Source: Prevotella sp.
GTDB taxonomy: Bacteria > Bacteroidota > Bacteroidia > Bacteroidales > Dysgonomonadaceae
DNA length: 64,000 nucleotides
Reading direction: 5' to 3'
NCBI GenBank assembly: GCA_031285625.1
Contig: JAITVV010000063.1
Coordinates: forward strand, 86,443 to 150,442
In this document: positions 1 to 10,668 of the stretch, piece by piece
Position numbering within the stretch: the stretch's first letter is position 1
Layout: each line of letters opens with the position of its first letter
Made by a program: the position numbers and the translations under genes
The notes under the pieces: model-generated
The model's database searches: none
The model's input: the letters and a program-made list of their open reading frames with translations, nothing else
What the model was told of the DNA's origin: nothing

Positions 1-1373
1 TCCCGGAACATCACTCATCATTGCTGTATTAAACTCGACGCCGGTCAAACGGGATATTTTATGCGCGTCATCAAATAAATGCATCAGTTCTTCCTGCTTG
101 CAAATTCCTGTAAGAATACTACCAAGAGAAGCATCTACACCTAGCGTACCATCCTGAATAGCATGAATTATTTTATCATATTTTTCAGTACCTTTATAAT
201 GCTCCAGATAACCCATCAGAGCCCATGTAGCCTCAGAATTCCATTTAAACCTCGAACCTTCGGGGTTACTTGCCGAACGTTCAGCCAACTCTAATGCCCG
301 GTCAAAATTGCGCCACTGTAACTTCATCACATCATCCTGAGCATGAGTATATCCTATATCCAAATGTGAATGAGGCAGGAAATAGAGCTTCCACTGGCGC
401 GCACCCGGTATATTGTATTCTTTTTCCACATTTCCCTGACGAGTGGATAGTTTAATTTTCAGATCGGCGCTTTCTTCCATATATCCGGGAGGAAACAGGG
501 CTTCTACAGAAGATATCCCGATTGGAGAAGGATCTATTACTTTAGACCACGTTTGCCCGTTTATAGCAAAATCCAATTGACCACCACAATAGAGAGGAGC
601 ATCCAATTTCAACACATATTCACGCGAGGGGCCATTATCCGTTTTCAGATAACCTTGAGATGCCTCAAAAGAAATATCTGATAGTTTATCTAATTTTGCA
701 ATCTGCTTATTTTCTTTCTGATAAAATCTAATCTCGCTCAGTCCATAATAATCTATATTCTGATGCATATCACTTGCTTCCCTTAGAATAAGCTTGTTGT
801 TACGATCGTAATAATTACCATCCTTAGTGTCTGCTGTTATACAAAGATATTTTATTTTAATACCTCCTGTTTCCAATGTGAAGCTTGCAGGTTCGGGATT
901 TCGGCCTACAGATTCTTTTATTATATGATAATCCAGCCCCTTATTCTTTAACAGCTTCCAAGTCTTTCCATCAGCAGAATATTCAATGTATATTTTTTCA
1001 GTCCCCGGCGAGTATGTTGGCTTTGGTTTTGATTCCATATCCTGATTAAGTCTACATGTACCGGAGCCGGAGTTTTACCAATTTCACACATAAACCAGAC
1101 AACTCCTTCTTTTGTAAACTCATTTGCACGCACTCTTTCTGCCGACACCTTAGATGTCCACATTTTCATTCCCAGATTCTGCGCAATATGCATATCATCT
1201 TGCATTCCTTCCCCATTTACAGCTTCCATAGCCGTTGCTTTAGGCAATTCACTGCTCGCAGTAGCAGAAACCTGATCAGAAGGAACTTGAGTATATACTT
1301 TTACATTCTGACCAAACAACTGTATGGAGCTTAACAATATACAAAGAGTGATGAAACATCTGTTAATAATCAT
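1..1373 (-). pseudogene. GH38 alpha-mannosidase-like protein with N-terminal discoidin/F5-8-like domain; 1-nt frameshift near 993-998; runs off the window edge
   Basis: Signal peptide MIINRCFITLCILLSSIQLFGQ from 1373. After RRGLKK the shifted frame reads IYIEYSADGKTWKLL...YFLPHSHLDIGYTH...KWNSE...MMSDVPG down to position 1. HSHxD and the DVPG region are GH38 N-domain motifs. The A6 run needs 7 A to join the frames. Confidence 0.8.
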
Positions 1374-1507
1374 AATTTTAGATTTTCTTTTAGTTTTATC
1401 ATAGCATCTATTTAGTTTATCTCCTTCAGCGAGTTTTGTGTTTCTCAATAATTATTGCTGATAATTGGATTTTAGAATATAGTTTCTTTAGTTTAAACTT
1501 AGTTTAC

Positions 1508-1523
1508 ATATGTATAAACATAG
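1508..1523. promoter_or_regulatory. Candidate GntR/HutC operator ATATGTATAAACATAG upstream of GH38
   Basis: Near-palindrome matching copies at 2011-2026 and 9497-9512. Confidence 0.6.
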
Positions 1524-2010
1524 TTTCATGCCGCTAATATATAAAATGTTTTTATTTCAAGCATAATTTTCATCAATTTTTTTCTAAAAACAGCAAAAAA
1601 AATTATATTAACAATTAAATATTTATGAAATAATTATCTTATTATTAATGAAATAATAGTTATTTATATATAAATGCAAATGGTAATACCGATGTAAGCA
1701 AAGTTGTAATTACATAGTAATTATTGTTTGAACAATAATTAACAAAAACTCAATAAAAAATAGCTAGAGATGAACTCTAAATCGGATATAAATAATATAA
1801 GTCACCTTTATTCGGTACTCCTTATTTTAATTTACCTCTGAATACAAGCTGGAATATCACATACGACAACAAATCCCATAATGATAAATATGTATATATA
1901 TATAAAGATGCAAGTAAAGTAATAATAAATATTAATAGTGAAACAAATAATAAAAAAAGGTTCTTAATATTTTGAAAATTAGAAAAAACTAGCTTTCTTT
2001 ACAATTCAAT

Positions 2011-2026
2011 AAATGTATGAACATAT
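2011..2026. promoter_or_regulatory. Candidate GntR/HutC operator AAATGTATGAACATAT upstream of GH92
   Basis: 15/16 identical to the reverse complement of 9497-9512; about 40 bp before the GH92 ATG. Confidence 0.65.
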
Positions 2027-2068
2027 AGTATATAATAATCTTAAACTAACTATAAACACCTATTAATA

Positions 2069-5000
2069 ATGAAAAGAAAGAACCTCTTATTGATTATTGC
2101 AATATGCCTTACTGCAACAATCACTTATGCCAAACAGGCACCGCCTCATAAAATATGGGCGATAGGCACAGAAAACAATTCTTCTTCAGATTTTGCATTA
2201 GGACCGAAAGACTTCAGGCAATTTCTAGCGAATGATTTTGGATATGAGGACAAATTTTATTTGATAAATCATTCCGACATAAAAAGAGACTTTCCTTATG
2301 TCCTGCCCGGCCCCACTGACACATGGGGAGGCACATGGCCAACATCAGGTTGGCGGACACATCAGGTCAATATTTTATTTGGCCTGGATAATTTACCCAA
2401 TAACGGAGATTATAAATTAGTCATTAATTTATTAGACTACGCCAAAACATTTTTGCCTCTGGTAAAAGTCAGTATAAACACACAAGACGAAAAATTTCAA
2501 TTGGGTGATCAGGCTACTCTTGCAAAACAACGCAAGGCCAATAATCAGGAAGCCGTAACAGACACCCTTGCTATTGCAGGAGACTTGCGTAATTCTACAT
2601 ACAAAGCATTGGAAATACCTATAAACAGGAATATATTGAAAAAAGGTGGCAATATTGTCACAATAACCGTACTTGAAGGGTCGTGGATACTATTTGATGA
2701 AGTACACATGGAAGGGCCTGAAGGTATAAAAGTTACAACAGCTAATAATTTCTTTATAAGAGATGTATATCCTGCACCATACGAAATAGCCAATACAAAG
2801 AACAGACATCAGCCTCTTATCGTAGATACCCAATGGCTGGAGGGATCTTCAAAAATAAGTGTACAACTGGATGGCAAAGAAATACTCAGCCAAACAATCG
2901 AAGCCGGGAGATACCAACTAGAAGCACCTATGCCTCAGGTTAAACAAGAGAGAAACAGCAAATACCGCATACTAAAAGATGGTGTAGAAATAGAACAGGG
3001 AGTAGTAAAAAGAGCCCCTCAAAAACTACAGACAAATGCGGATTACGTAGATACCCGCATTGGGACAGCCCATTCGCGCTGGATGATTGCCCCAGGACCA
3101 TGGATGCCATTCAGTATGGTAAAAATGAGTCCGGATAATCAGAATAACGGTTGGCAAGCAGGTTATCAACCATCATTCGAAAATATAGGATGTTTCAGTC
3201 ATATACATGAATGGACTTTAGGAGGATTAGGTATTATGGCTACAAATGGCGAATTAAAAACAAATATTGGCGATGAACAAAAACCGGATGAAGGCTATCG
3301 CTCGCGTATCAATAAACGTACAGAAAAAGCTGACATCGGATATTATAGTGCCGATCTGACCGATTACAATATTAAAGCCGAGGTCACAGCTACAACAAGG
3401 TGTGGTTTTGAGCGATTTACATTTCCTAAAGACAGGAGTGGGTCTCGTATTATGATTGACTTACATCCGCCGACAGAACAAAATTTCCAACTTAAACAAA
3501 TAAAACTTAATAAAGTTAGTGACTATCGTATTGAGGGCTCCAGCCATCAGTTTTCGCCAAATGTATGGAGTTACGATGCCGATCAGGACTATACAGTACA
3601 TTTTGTTATCGAATTTGATCAACCCATTAAAAGCATGGGAAGCTGGGTAGAAAAGAATATCTCGAATAACGTAAATGAACTTATTACAGGAGAGTGTAAG
3701 GATGCAGGGGTATTTGTTGAATTCGATCAAACAAAACATCCTATAGTACAGGTGCGTTCGGGTATATCGTTAGTAAGCATTGCAAATGCAAACGAAAACT
3801 TAAAAACAGAAGTCACAGACAAATTTGGATGGAATTTTGAGGCAGTACGTCAAAATCAGGTAAATACGTGGAATGATATTTTCGATCGTATGAAGATAAC
3901 CACTAACGACCGCCTCGAAAAAGTACGTTTCTATAATAATATGTACAGGGCAACCTGTAGCCGTAATACATGGAGTGATGTAAATGGAGAATGGATATCT
4001 ACAGATGGAAAAAAACGTAAAGTTGCAGATCCGTCAAATGATGTAATGCTAGGTTGTGACGCATTCTGGAATACATTCTGGAACCTGAATCAATTCTGGA
4101 ATCTGGTTACTCCGGAATGGAGCAGTAAATGGGTTAAATCTCAGCTATCTATGTATAACGCAAACGGATGGCTTGCCAAAGGCCCTGCAGGAATGAACTA
4201 TATACCTGTAATGGTAGGAGAGCATGAAATTCCTCTTATTGTAGGTGCATATCAGATGGGGATACGTGATTTTGATGCCAATAAAGCATTGGAGGCTGCT
4301 ATAAAGATGCAGACAACGCCAGCACAAAAAGTATTTAAAGGATATGCTGGAAACCGCGACCTTGTACATTACATGAAATATAAATATGTACCGTCAGACC
4401 TGGGACGCTTCTCCAATACAATGGAATACTCATACGATGACTGGACTGTAGGTCAATTAGCCAAAGCGTTAGGTAATAACGAGGTATACAACATATTCAA
4501 TGATCGCGGCTACTGGTGGAAAAATGTTATCAGTGACGAAGGATATTGTCACATGAAGGATAGTAGCGGCAAATGGATGGAAAACTTCGATCCGTTCCGC
4601 AGTGGAGCCAACCATCATTATGTGGAAGGAAATGCCTGGCAACTAACATTCTTTGTCCCGCAAGATGTACCCGCATTAGTTGAAAAGATTGGAAAAGAAC
4701 GTTTTCTCGATCGCCTCGAATGGGGATTCAACCAAGATGAATCATGGCGTTACAATGCTCCGAATGATCAATATTGGGATCATCCGATTGTTCAGGGAAA
4801 TCAACAATCAATGCATTTTGCATTCTTATTCAGCTGGGCAGGAAAACCATGGCTAACCCAAAGATGGAGCCGCTCAATACTCGACCGTTATTATGGTTAT
4901 GAACCCGCAAATGCATATCTTGGAGATGAAGACCAGGGACAAATGAGCGCCTGGGCAATTATGGCCACCATCGGACTATTTCAGGTTGACGGCGGAGCAC

Positions 5001-5260
5001 GTGTAGACCCTATCTATGAAATTGCAAGCCCATTGTTTGAGAAGGTTGAAATTGACCTGGGAAACAAATATGGACGCGGTAAGAAGTTCACCATCGAAGC
5101 AAAAAATGCATCTAAGAAGAATATGTATGTACAAAAAGCTGTATTAAACGGCAAGACTTTAAATACATTCCATTTTCCTGCATCCGAATTATTAAAAGGA
5201 GGTAGCCTTGTTCTTGAAATGGGAGATACTCCTAATACAAACTGGGGTATTGGCAAATAA
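2069..5260 (+). CDS. GH92 alpha-1,2-mannosidase-family protein with N-terminal beta-sandwich extension
   Basis: Signal peptide; GH92 motifs YVDTRIGT, PFSMVKMSPD, FSHIH, TMEYSYDDW, YVEGNAWQ, GNQQSMH, GDEDQGQMSAW. Confidence 0.93.
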   Translation: MKRKNLLLIIAICLTATITYAKQAPPHKIWAIGTENNSSSDFALGPKDFRQFLANDFGYEDKFYLINHSDIKRDFPYVLPGPTDTWGGTWPTSGWRTHQVNILFGLDNLPNNGDYKLVINLLDYAKTFLPLVKVSINTQDEKFQLGDQATLAKQRKANNQEAVTDTLAIAGDLRNSTYKALEIPINRNILKKGGNIVTITVLEGSWILFDEVHMEGPEGIKVTTANNFFIRDVYPAPYEIANTKNRHQPLIVDTQWLEGSSKISVQLDGKEILSQTIEAGRYQLEAPMPQVKQERNSKYRILKDGVEIEQGVVKRAPQKLQTNADYVDTRIGTAHSRWMIAPGPWMPFSMVKMSPDNQNNGWQAGYQPSFENIGCFSHIHEWTLGGLGIMATNGELKTNIGDEQKPDEGYRSRINKRTEKADIGYYSADLTDYNIKAEVTATTRCGFERFTFPKDRSGSRIMIDLHPPTEQNFQLKQIKLNKVSDYRIEGSSHQFSPNVWSYDADQDYTVHFVIEFDQPIKSMGSWVEKNISNNVNELITGECKDAGVFVEFDQTKHPIVQVRSGISLVSIANANENLKTEVTDKFGWNFEAVRQNQVNTWNDIFDRMKITTNDRLEKVRFYNNMYRATCSRNTWSDVNGEWISTDGKKRKVADPSNDVMLGCDAFWNTFWNLNQFWNLVTPEWSSKWVKSQLSMYNANGWLAKGPAGMNYIPVMVGEHEIPLIVGAYQMGIRDFDANKALEAAIKMQTTPAQKVFKGYAGNRDLVHYMKYKYVPSDLGRFSNTMEYSYDDWTVGQLAKALGNNEVYNIFNDRGYWWKNVISDEGYCHMKDSSGKWMENFDPFRSGANHHYVEGNAWQLTFFVPQDVPALVEKIGKERFLDRLEWGFNQDESWRYNAPNDQYWDHPIVQGNQQSMHFAFLFSWAGKPWLTQRWSRSILDRYYGYEPANAYLGDEDQGQMSAWAIMATIGLFQVDGGARVDPIYEIASPLFEKVEIDLGNKYGRGKKFTIEAKNASKKNMYVQKAVLNGKTLNTFHFPASELLKGGSLVLEMGDTPNTNWGIGK

Positions 5261-5284
5261 TTTTTTAAGGTAGAGTTACTATGT

Positions 5285-5315
5285 ATTCCGGATAATCCCT
5301 GTGATTATCCGGAAT
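5285..5315. terminator. Hairpin between convergent GH92 and ROK genes
   Basis: ATTCCGGATAATC-CCTGT-GATTATCCGGAAT, perfect 13-bp stem. Confidence 0.7.
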
Positions 5316-5447
5316 CATTTTATCTGCCTATAAGGATTTTCGAAGAATTCCTTTATTAAAAGAGATTTAGAATCAGTATATCTAAATAAATAATCCCTCA
5401 ATTGATAAACAACCGAGGGATAACTTTCTATAATATAAAACAATCTG

Positions 5448-6545
5448 TTATGAGTCCAGTTGCTGTAAAGCATATGCATAAGCTCCATACATAACAGCCT
5501 CACTGGTACCTATATGGGATATTACAATACCCGTTTTTTTCGTTTTATTATAATGGACAAGATCATCACTTCCTGGAATTTTTACCTGAATATCTTCATT
5601 CTGAAGAAACTTACTTTTATCTTCTTCATCCATCAAATTATATATATCCATCTGGGTTTTAGAGAATGAAGTTCCGCCAAACATATTGATGTCACCATCC
5701 AACTCTTTCATCACTCCCTTAAGTATATACTTTGATGCACCTGTAAGACCGCCCCCGATAACAACTATGCCATCCACCAATGTTAACGCATATGTCATTA
5801 TATCTCCAATCATCTCTCCCATTTCTTCGAAACTTCTGATAGCTGCATCACGGTCTCCACTGATATTTCCTTCTGCAATATCAAAAATATCTTTTGGGGT
5901 AAGATTAGAAGTATCTTTACCTGACAACTCCTGATAAACCCTTTTTACAGCACGTATACTTACACTTTCTTCAACGATATGATTCGGATATTTTTTGTTC
6001 TTCATTATCCACACATCACCCCCACAGCCATTATCTCCGGTAAGCAGAGTTTTATTGATTACTACCCCGGCACCAAAACCGGTACCTAAAGTTATGCCTA
6101 ATAAATTTGAATATCGTTTTGGATTTCCGGCATTACTCAGCCAATAATTCACCATAGGTAAAGCTCCATGTAAAGCTTCACCGTATGCAAATAGATTTCC
6201 ATCATTATTGATATATACAGGAATCTGAAATTTAGCATACAGATATGGGCCTAATGCAACACCTCCACGAAAAGCCTTAAAGTTAGGCAAATCACCGATT
6301 ATACCATTTTTATAATCGGCAGGACCGGGAAAAGCAAAACTTATCGCTACAGGCTCGGTATCCAGAGTCGATTTGATAGTTTCAAAACCATATACAAGCT
6401 GTTCCAGACATTTATCCAGATCATCTGAAACAGCAGGCAGGACAAAATGTTCGCCAACCTCTTTATAGGCCTGAACTGCAGAAAAAACAAAATTTGTACC
6501 TCCGGCATCAAGAGTCAGAACTATCCGTTGATCGTTAATATACAT
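5448..6545 (-). CDS. ROK-family sugar kinase
   Basis: LDAGGTN, FAFPGP, INNDGN, TLGTGFGAG, VIGGG motifs. Likely start MYIND at 6545, just after the MFS stop. Confidence 0.9.
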   Translation of the reverse strand: MYINDQRIVLTLDAGGTNFVFSAVQAYKEVGEHFVLPAVSDDLDKCLEQLVYGFETIKSTLDTEPVAISFAFPGPADYKNGIIGDLPNFKAFRGGVALGPYLYAKFQIPVYINNDGNLFAYGEALHGALPMVNYWLSNAGNPKRYSNLLGITLGTGFGAGVVINKTLLTGDNGCGGDVWIMKNKKYPNHIVEESVSIRAVKRVYQELSGKDTSNLTPKDIFDIAEGNISGDRDAAIRSFEEMGEMIGDIMTYALTLVDGIVVIGGGLTGASKYILKGVMKELDGDINMFGGTSFSKTQMDIYNLMDEEDKSKFLQNEDIQVKIPGSDDLVHYNKTKKTGIVISHIGTSEAVMYGAYAYALQQLDS

Positions 6546-6549
6546 GGGT

Positions 6550-7710
6550 TTATGATTTTTTCTTAAATTTAAGTGATAATAAATAAATATATACCGCACT
6601 TAGCAGCAAAACTCCAAAACTAATACCTAACCCGAAGTGTTTTGCTACAATTCCCACTAATGGGGTAACAACTGCGCCTCCTGCTACCCCCATAATCATC
6701 AGAGAAGATATTTCATTAGCTTTCTGTGGACGATACTGCATAGCTAATGAAAATATTACAGAGAAAACATTTGCACAGGTCAGTCCTATAATGAAAATTG
6801 CAGCAAACAACATCCATTTTTCTCCCAAAAACATAAGTATAAGAAATGCGGGAATGGCTACAATCATATTAATTTTCATGAATTTTGAAGGATCTACTTT
6901 CAATAGAATAATAGATCCTAAAAATGCACCCAGGGTTCTTGCACCAAAATACAAACTTGAACCCAGAGTTGCATCTTCTGTTGAAAAGCCAAGCCTCTGC
7001 TCCAAAAGTTGTGGGGTATTTACATTCATACAAACATCGATGCCCACGATTAATAAAATACCCAGAAACATCTGTAAAATAAGACTATCTTTCAGCAATC
7101 CCAGAGTATTGGTAAAAGAAGCCTGTGCTGTATCAATATTTTCCTCTTTTTTGATGGGTACCAGATACAACCAAGCAAACGATATAAGAGATGTTACAGC
7201 AAATACTAACAATATTAATTTCCAGTCGCCATAGTTTTTTACAGCTATACTGGCTATGATTGGGCCTACAAAAGAAGATACAGCTTTGATAAATTGCCCG
7301 AATGTAAGAGTACCTGCCAATTTATTATCATCTACTATGCTGGCAACCAAAGGATTTAAAGAAACCTGCAATATCGTATTGCCAATACCCAAAAGGGCAA
7401 AGGAAAATATAACCACATAAAAGTTGTAAAAGAAAAAAGGTAAAGCCAGAGATATACATTCTATCAGAATAGCCAATAACACGGTCTTTTTACGGCCGAT
7501 ACGGTTCATAAGCAATCCTGTAGGTATAGAGAAAATTGCGAACCAGAAAAAGACCATCATCGGTATAATACTGGATGTAAGCTCATCAAGTGAGAAATCT
7601 TTTTTCAGATAATTCGTTGAAAGCCCCACAATATCGACCATTCCCATTACAAAAAAGCTAAAGAGGATAGGAATGAGTATTTTTATAGTATTTGATTTAT
7701 TTGCTGTCAT
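6550..7710 (-). CDS. MFS sugar transporter (FucP/GluP-like)
   Basis: About 12 hydrophobic segments; LQVSLNPLV and IMGVAGGAV motifs. Confidence 0.88.
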   Translation of the reverse strand: MTANKSNTIKILIPILFSFFVMGMVDIVGLSTNYLKKDFSLDELTSSIIPMMVFFWFAIFSIPTGLLMNRIGRKKTVLLAILIECISLALPFFFYNFYVVIFSFALLGIGNTILQVSLNPLVASIVDDNKLAGTLTFGQFIKAVSSFVGPIIASIAVKNYGDWKLILLVFAVTSLISFAWLYLVPIKKEENIDTAQASFTNTLGLLKDSLILQMFLGILLIVGIDVCMNVNTPQLLEQRLGFSTEDATLGSSLYFGARTLGAFLGSIILLKVDPSKFMKINMIVAIPAFLILMFLGEKWMLFAAIFIIGLTCANVFSVIFSLAMQYRPQKANEISSLMIMGVAGGAVVTPLVGIVAKHFGLGISFGVLLLSAVYIYLLSLKFKKKS

Positions 7711-7727
7711 AAAAATCCGTTATAAAA

Positions 7728-9458
7728 TTAAAACCTCACATATGCTTTTATTACCATACATTCCTTTCCGGCAGAATCCCCGGTCGGTGTAATTGTGTAC
7801 TCACCTAAAGCAGCAGGAATTATGAATGTTTCAGCGTAATGTACTATAAACGGTTCGAAATTTCCTTTTGGATCTTCCACTATAACTTCTTCTCCTTCTA
7901 CAAGGTTTAACACATTAACGCTATTATTCGTTTTATGCCATGTTGTTTTAGAAAAACGGAATCTCCGGGTTTCTATAAACTCATTAGGATGAAGTCCTGT
8001 TCTTTCTTCCATCCATCCATCACCCTCCGATATGACTGAACATACATTCACTAAGTTCTTATATGTGTATTCCGTATCTCTCGACCAGTCTATTACTTTT
8101 TTACCTCTTTCTACATTTATCGGACGCGGCTTCCCGTCAAGGCCTAAACGCTCCCAGTCCCAGAGTTTGAAAGTAAATAAGTTAGGCGTAGAACTAATTT
8201 CCAAAACAACTCCCTGAGGCCCGGAGCAGTGTACCGTCCCGTTCGGTATCAGAAAATGGTCATGTTTTTTTGCCGGAATTTTATTTGTATACTTTTCAGC
8301 ATCAAAAACCAATTCACCTTTCTGCGCTTTTTCCAGATCACTTATCATTTCATCTTTAGATATACCTGTTTTAAGGCCTAGATATACAACAGCGTCGTCT
8401 TTAGCATCCATCATATAATAGCTTTCATCCTGAGTATAATGAATCCCAAATGAATCATGAACAAACTGAGTTGTAGGATGCACCTGCAAACTCAGGCTTC
8501 CACCCTGAACTGTATCCAGAAAATCGAAACGGATAGGAAATTCTTTACCAAAACGAGATTCTACCGGCTCTCCCAACAAATCAAGGCTTTTTAATAGAAC
8601 AAGATTCAAAGCCGGCATTTCAAACAGGATTCCATCTATGTTAAGATAAAGACTATTTTCTTCAGGAACACAATCGAAACACCATCCATAGTTTATATTA
8701 TCATTATCAAGACCAAAAGTATCTTTCATCCATTGACCGCCCCACGGTGCAGGGTCAAAGAATGGAACTACCCTGAAAGGCTTTGTGACAGTAGCTTCAA
8801 TCCCCTTGAAAAATGTTTCTTTATCTATCATCTTAGGCTTCCCCCTGTCATGAGTATCAAGCCAGTATGACACACGATGATACAATGTATGTTTATGCAT
8901 ATCACATATGCGCCAGTCATTGAAGTACCCCCGTTTATGTTGTATTGATATTGGCTCGTTTCTATCATCAATTCCAAGAGCAGAAATACTATGCGCACGA
9001 AAACGCTGCTGAATCTCCCACCGGGCCATATCAACATAGATTACACATGCTGATGATGGTACTACCAGAGACGCCCCACTACCTACAACGATTGCTGAGC
9101 CTCCATGTTTAGCTATCTTATTTTTTGCATTTTCCAGCTTCTCAGGATCAAAATAGTCTAATATTGACAAATTAGTTATATAACCAAATAGAACATCATC
9201 AGTCATAAACCGTCCTGTCATTCTCCGGATTTCTTGCTCACTCTTAAATAAATCTCTGGTATTAAAAAATAGTTCCGGCTGTAAAATACTCACCTGAGAT
9301 ATTACATCGTCCTCGTAAACACCCACATACATATCTATAGCCATAACCGGACATGACTTCAGCGTTTTCCCTAAAGATTTAATAATTTCATTCCATCCTA
9401 CCAAGACAGCACCTGCAATTTTCGTAGCAGGATATTTGTCATAATTGGGCTTCCTCAT
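7728..9458 (-). CDS. Class I mannose-6-phosphate isomerase (cupin) with about 230-aa N-terminal extension
   Basis: PWGGQW, LSLQVHP, QDESYY, IPNGTVH, VLEIS metal-site motifs. Confidence 0.85.
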   Translation of the reverse strand: MRKPNYDKYPATKIAGAVLVGWNEIIKSLGKTLKSCPVMAIDMYVGVYEDDVISQVSILQPELFFNTRDLFKSEQEIRRMTGRFMTDDVLFGYITNLSILDYFDPEKLENAKNKIAKHGGSAIVVGSGASLVVPSSACVIYVDMARWEIQQRFRAHSISALGIDDRNEPISIQHKRGYFNDWRICDMHKHTLYHRVSYWLDTHDRGKPKMIDKETFFKGIEATVTKPFRVVPFFDPAPWGGQWMKDTFGLDNDNINYGWCFDCVPEENSLYLNIDGILFEMPALNLVLLKSLDLLGEPVESRFGKEFPIRFDFLDTVQGGSLSLQVHPTTQFVHDSFGIHYTQDESYYMMDAKDDAVVYLGLKTGISKDEMISDLEKAQKGELVFDAEKYTNKIPAKKHDHFLIPNGTVHCSGPQGVVLEISSTPNLFTFKLWDWERLGLDGKPRPINVERGKKVIDWSRDTEYTYKNLVNVCSVISEGDGWMEERTGLHPNEFIETRRFRFSKTTWHKTNNSVNVLNLVEGEEVIVEDPKGNFEPFIVHYAETFIIPAALGEYTITPTGDSAGKECMVIKAYVRF

Positions 9459-9496
9459 AGTATATCATTCATTTTAATTAAAGATCATTTTAGATA

Positions 9497-9512
9497 ATAT
9501 GTTCATACATAT
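9497..9512. promoter_or_regulatory. Candidate GntR/HutC operator ATATGTTCATACATAT between PMI and gntR
   Basis: Near-palindrome with 6-bp arms, lying just downstream of a minus-strand TATATTTG (-7 box) for the PMI operon. Confidence 0.65.
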
Positions 9513-9604
9513 TTACTATTGTGCAAATATATCAATCTTTTTTTGTTTACCAACATTTTTTTGTGTTATTTTGTGAAATAGTAGATAATTCAAAAAATGC
9601 ATAT

Positions 9605-10333
9605 ATGAAAATAGAAGTTGATCGCGAAAGTTCAAAACCTCTTCATTTACAGGCAGAAGAAGTCTTGCGAAGACTTATAGAAGATGAGGAGTATAAAAAT
9701 GGTAAATTATTGCCTAAAGAGATTGAATTATCGAAGCAATTTAACATATCGAGAAATACCCTCAGACAGGCAATTAACAAATTGGTTTTTGAAGGACTAC
9801 TCATACGCCGGAAAGGGTATGGTACAAAGGTGGCTCGAAAAGGTTTTGTAGGAGGCGTCAAAAACTGGCTGAGCTTCTCACAGGAGATGAAGATGTTGGG
9901 AATAAAAATAAAAAATTTCGAGCTATATGTAGGTACACAGAAAATACATAAAGAGGTTGCAGACTTTTTCGGTATAGAAGTAGATTCCAGATGCCTAAAG
10001 CTTGAACGTGTAAGGGGAGGTGAAGAATACCCATTTGTTTACTTTATATCTTACTTTAATCCGAACATTCCCCTTACTGGTGAAGAAAATTTCAATACAC
10101 CTTTATACGAATTGTTAGAACAGAATTATAACATAGTGGTAAAAACTTCTAAGGAAGAGATATTCGCACGACTGGCAGGAGATTTCATTGCCGAGAAGTT
10201 AGAAATATCAGCCAATGATCCGATATTGATACGCAAAAGATTTGTATATGATATCAACGATGTACCTATTGAATATAATATTGGATATTACCGCGCAGAT
10301 AGCTTTACATATACTCTGGAAGCACAACGTTAA
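9605..10333 (+). CDS. GntR/HutC-family regulator (wHTH + UTRA)
   Basis: LLPKEIELSKQFNISRNTLRQAINKL...RRKGYGT; LSFSQEM UTRA start. Likely start MKIEV at 9605. Confidence 0.92.
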   Translation: MKIEVDRESSKPLHLQAEEVLRRLIEDEEYKNGKLLPKEIELSKQFNISRNTLRQAINKLVFEGLLIRRKGYGTKVARKGFVGGVKNWLSFSQEMKMLGIKIKNFELYVGTQKIHKEVADFFGIEVDSRCLKLERVRGGEEYPFVYFISYFNPNIPLTGEENFNTPLYELLEQNYNIVVKTSKEEIFARLAGDFIAEKLEISANDPILIRKRFVYDINDVPIEYNIGYYRADSFTYTLEAQR

Positions 10334-10668
10334 GATACATCTTCTGATAGAGTTATCAATTATAAAGGATGCTAATATATTATTTATTAGCATCTTTCTA
10401 TTTCAGGACAAAATCGAACTTTATTGAGAACCTTAACTTCCCAAAATCATAAACTCATTCTCTACCGCAAGCGATGATATCATTTAATAAAATATTTAGA
10501 AAAATGATTTTCGCAGCATAATAAATGGCAAAAGCATAATCCAGGAGTACAAATCAGTTGATAATTAATTATATCATATCATTTTACAAAGTATTAAAAG
10601 CAAATTCATCAATTAACAGAGCTGGAGTAAAAGTAATTTTGTATCATAACATTTATCAAAATGACCTA

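Noticed and set aside
1449-2068. CRISPR array, ncRNA or invertible promoter in the long AT-rich spacer
   Set aside because: No regularly spaced repeats or long flanking inverted repeats; only a short TA run and the operator-like motifs
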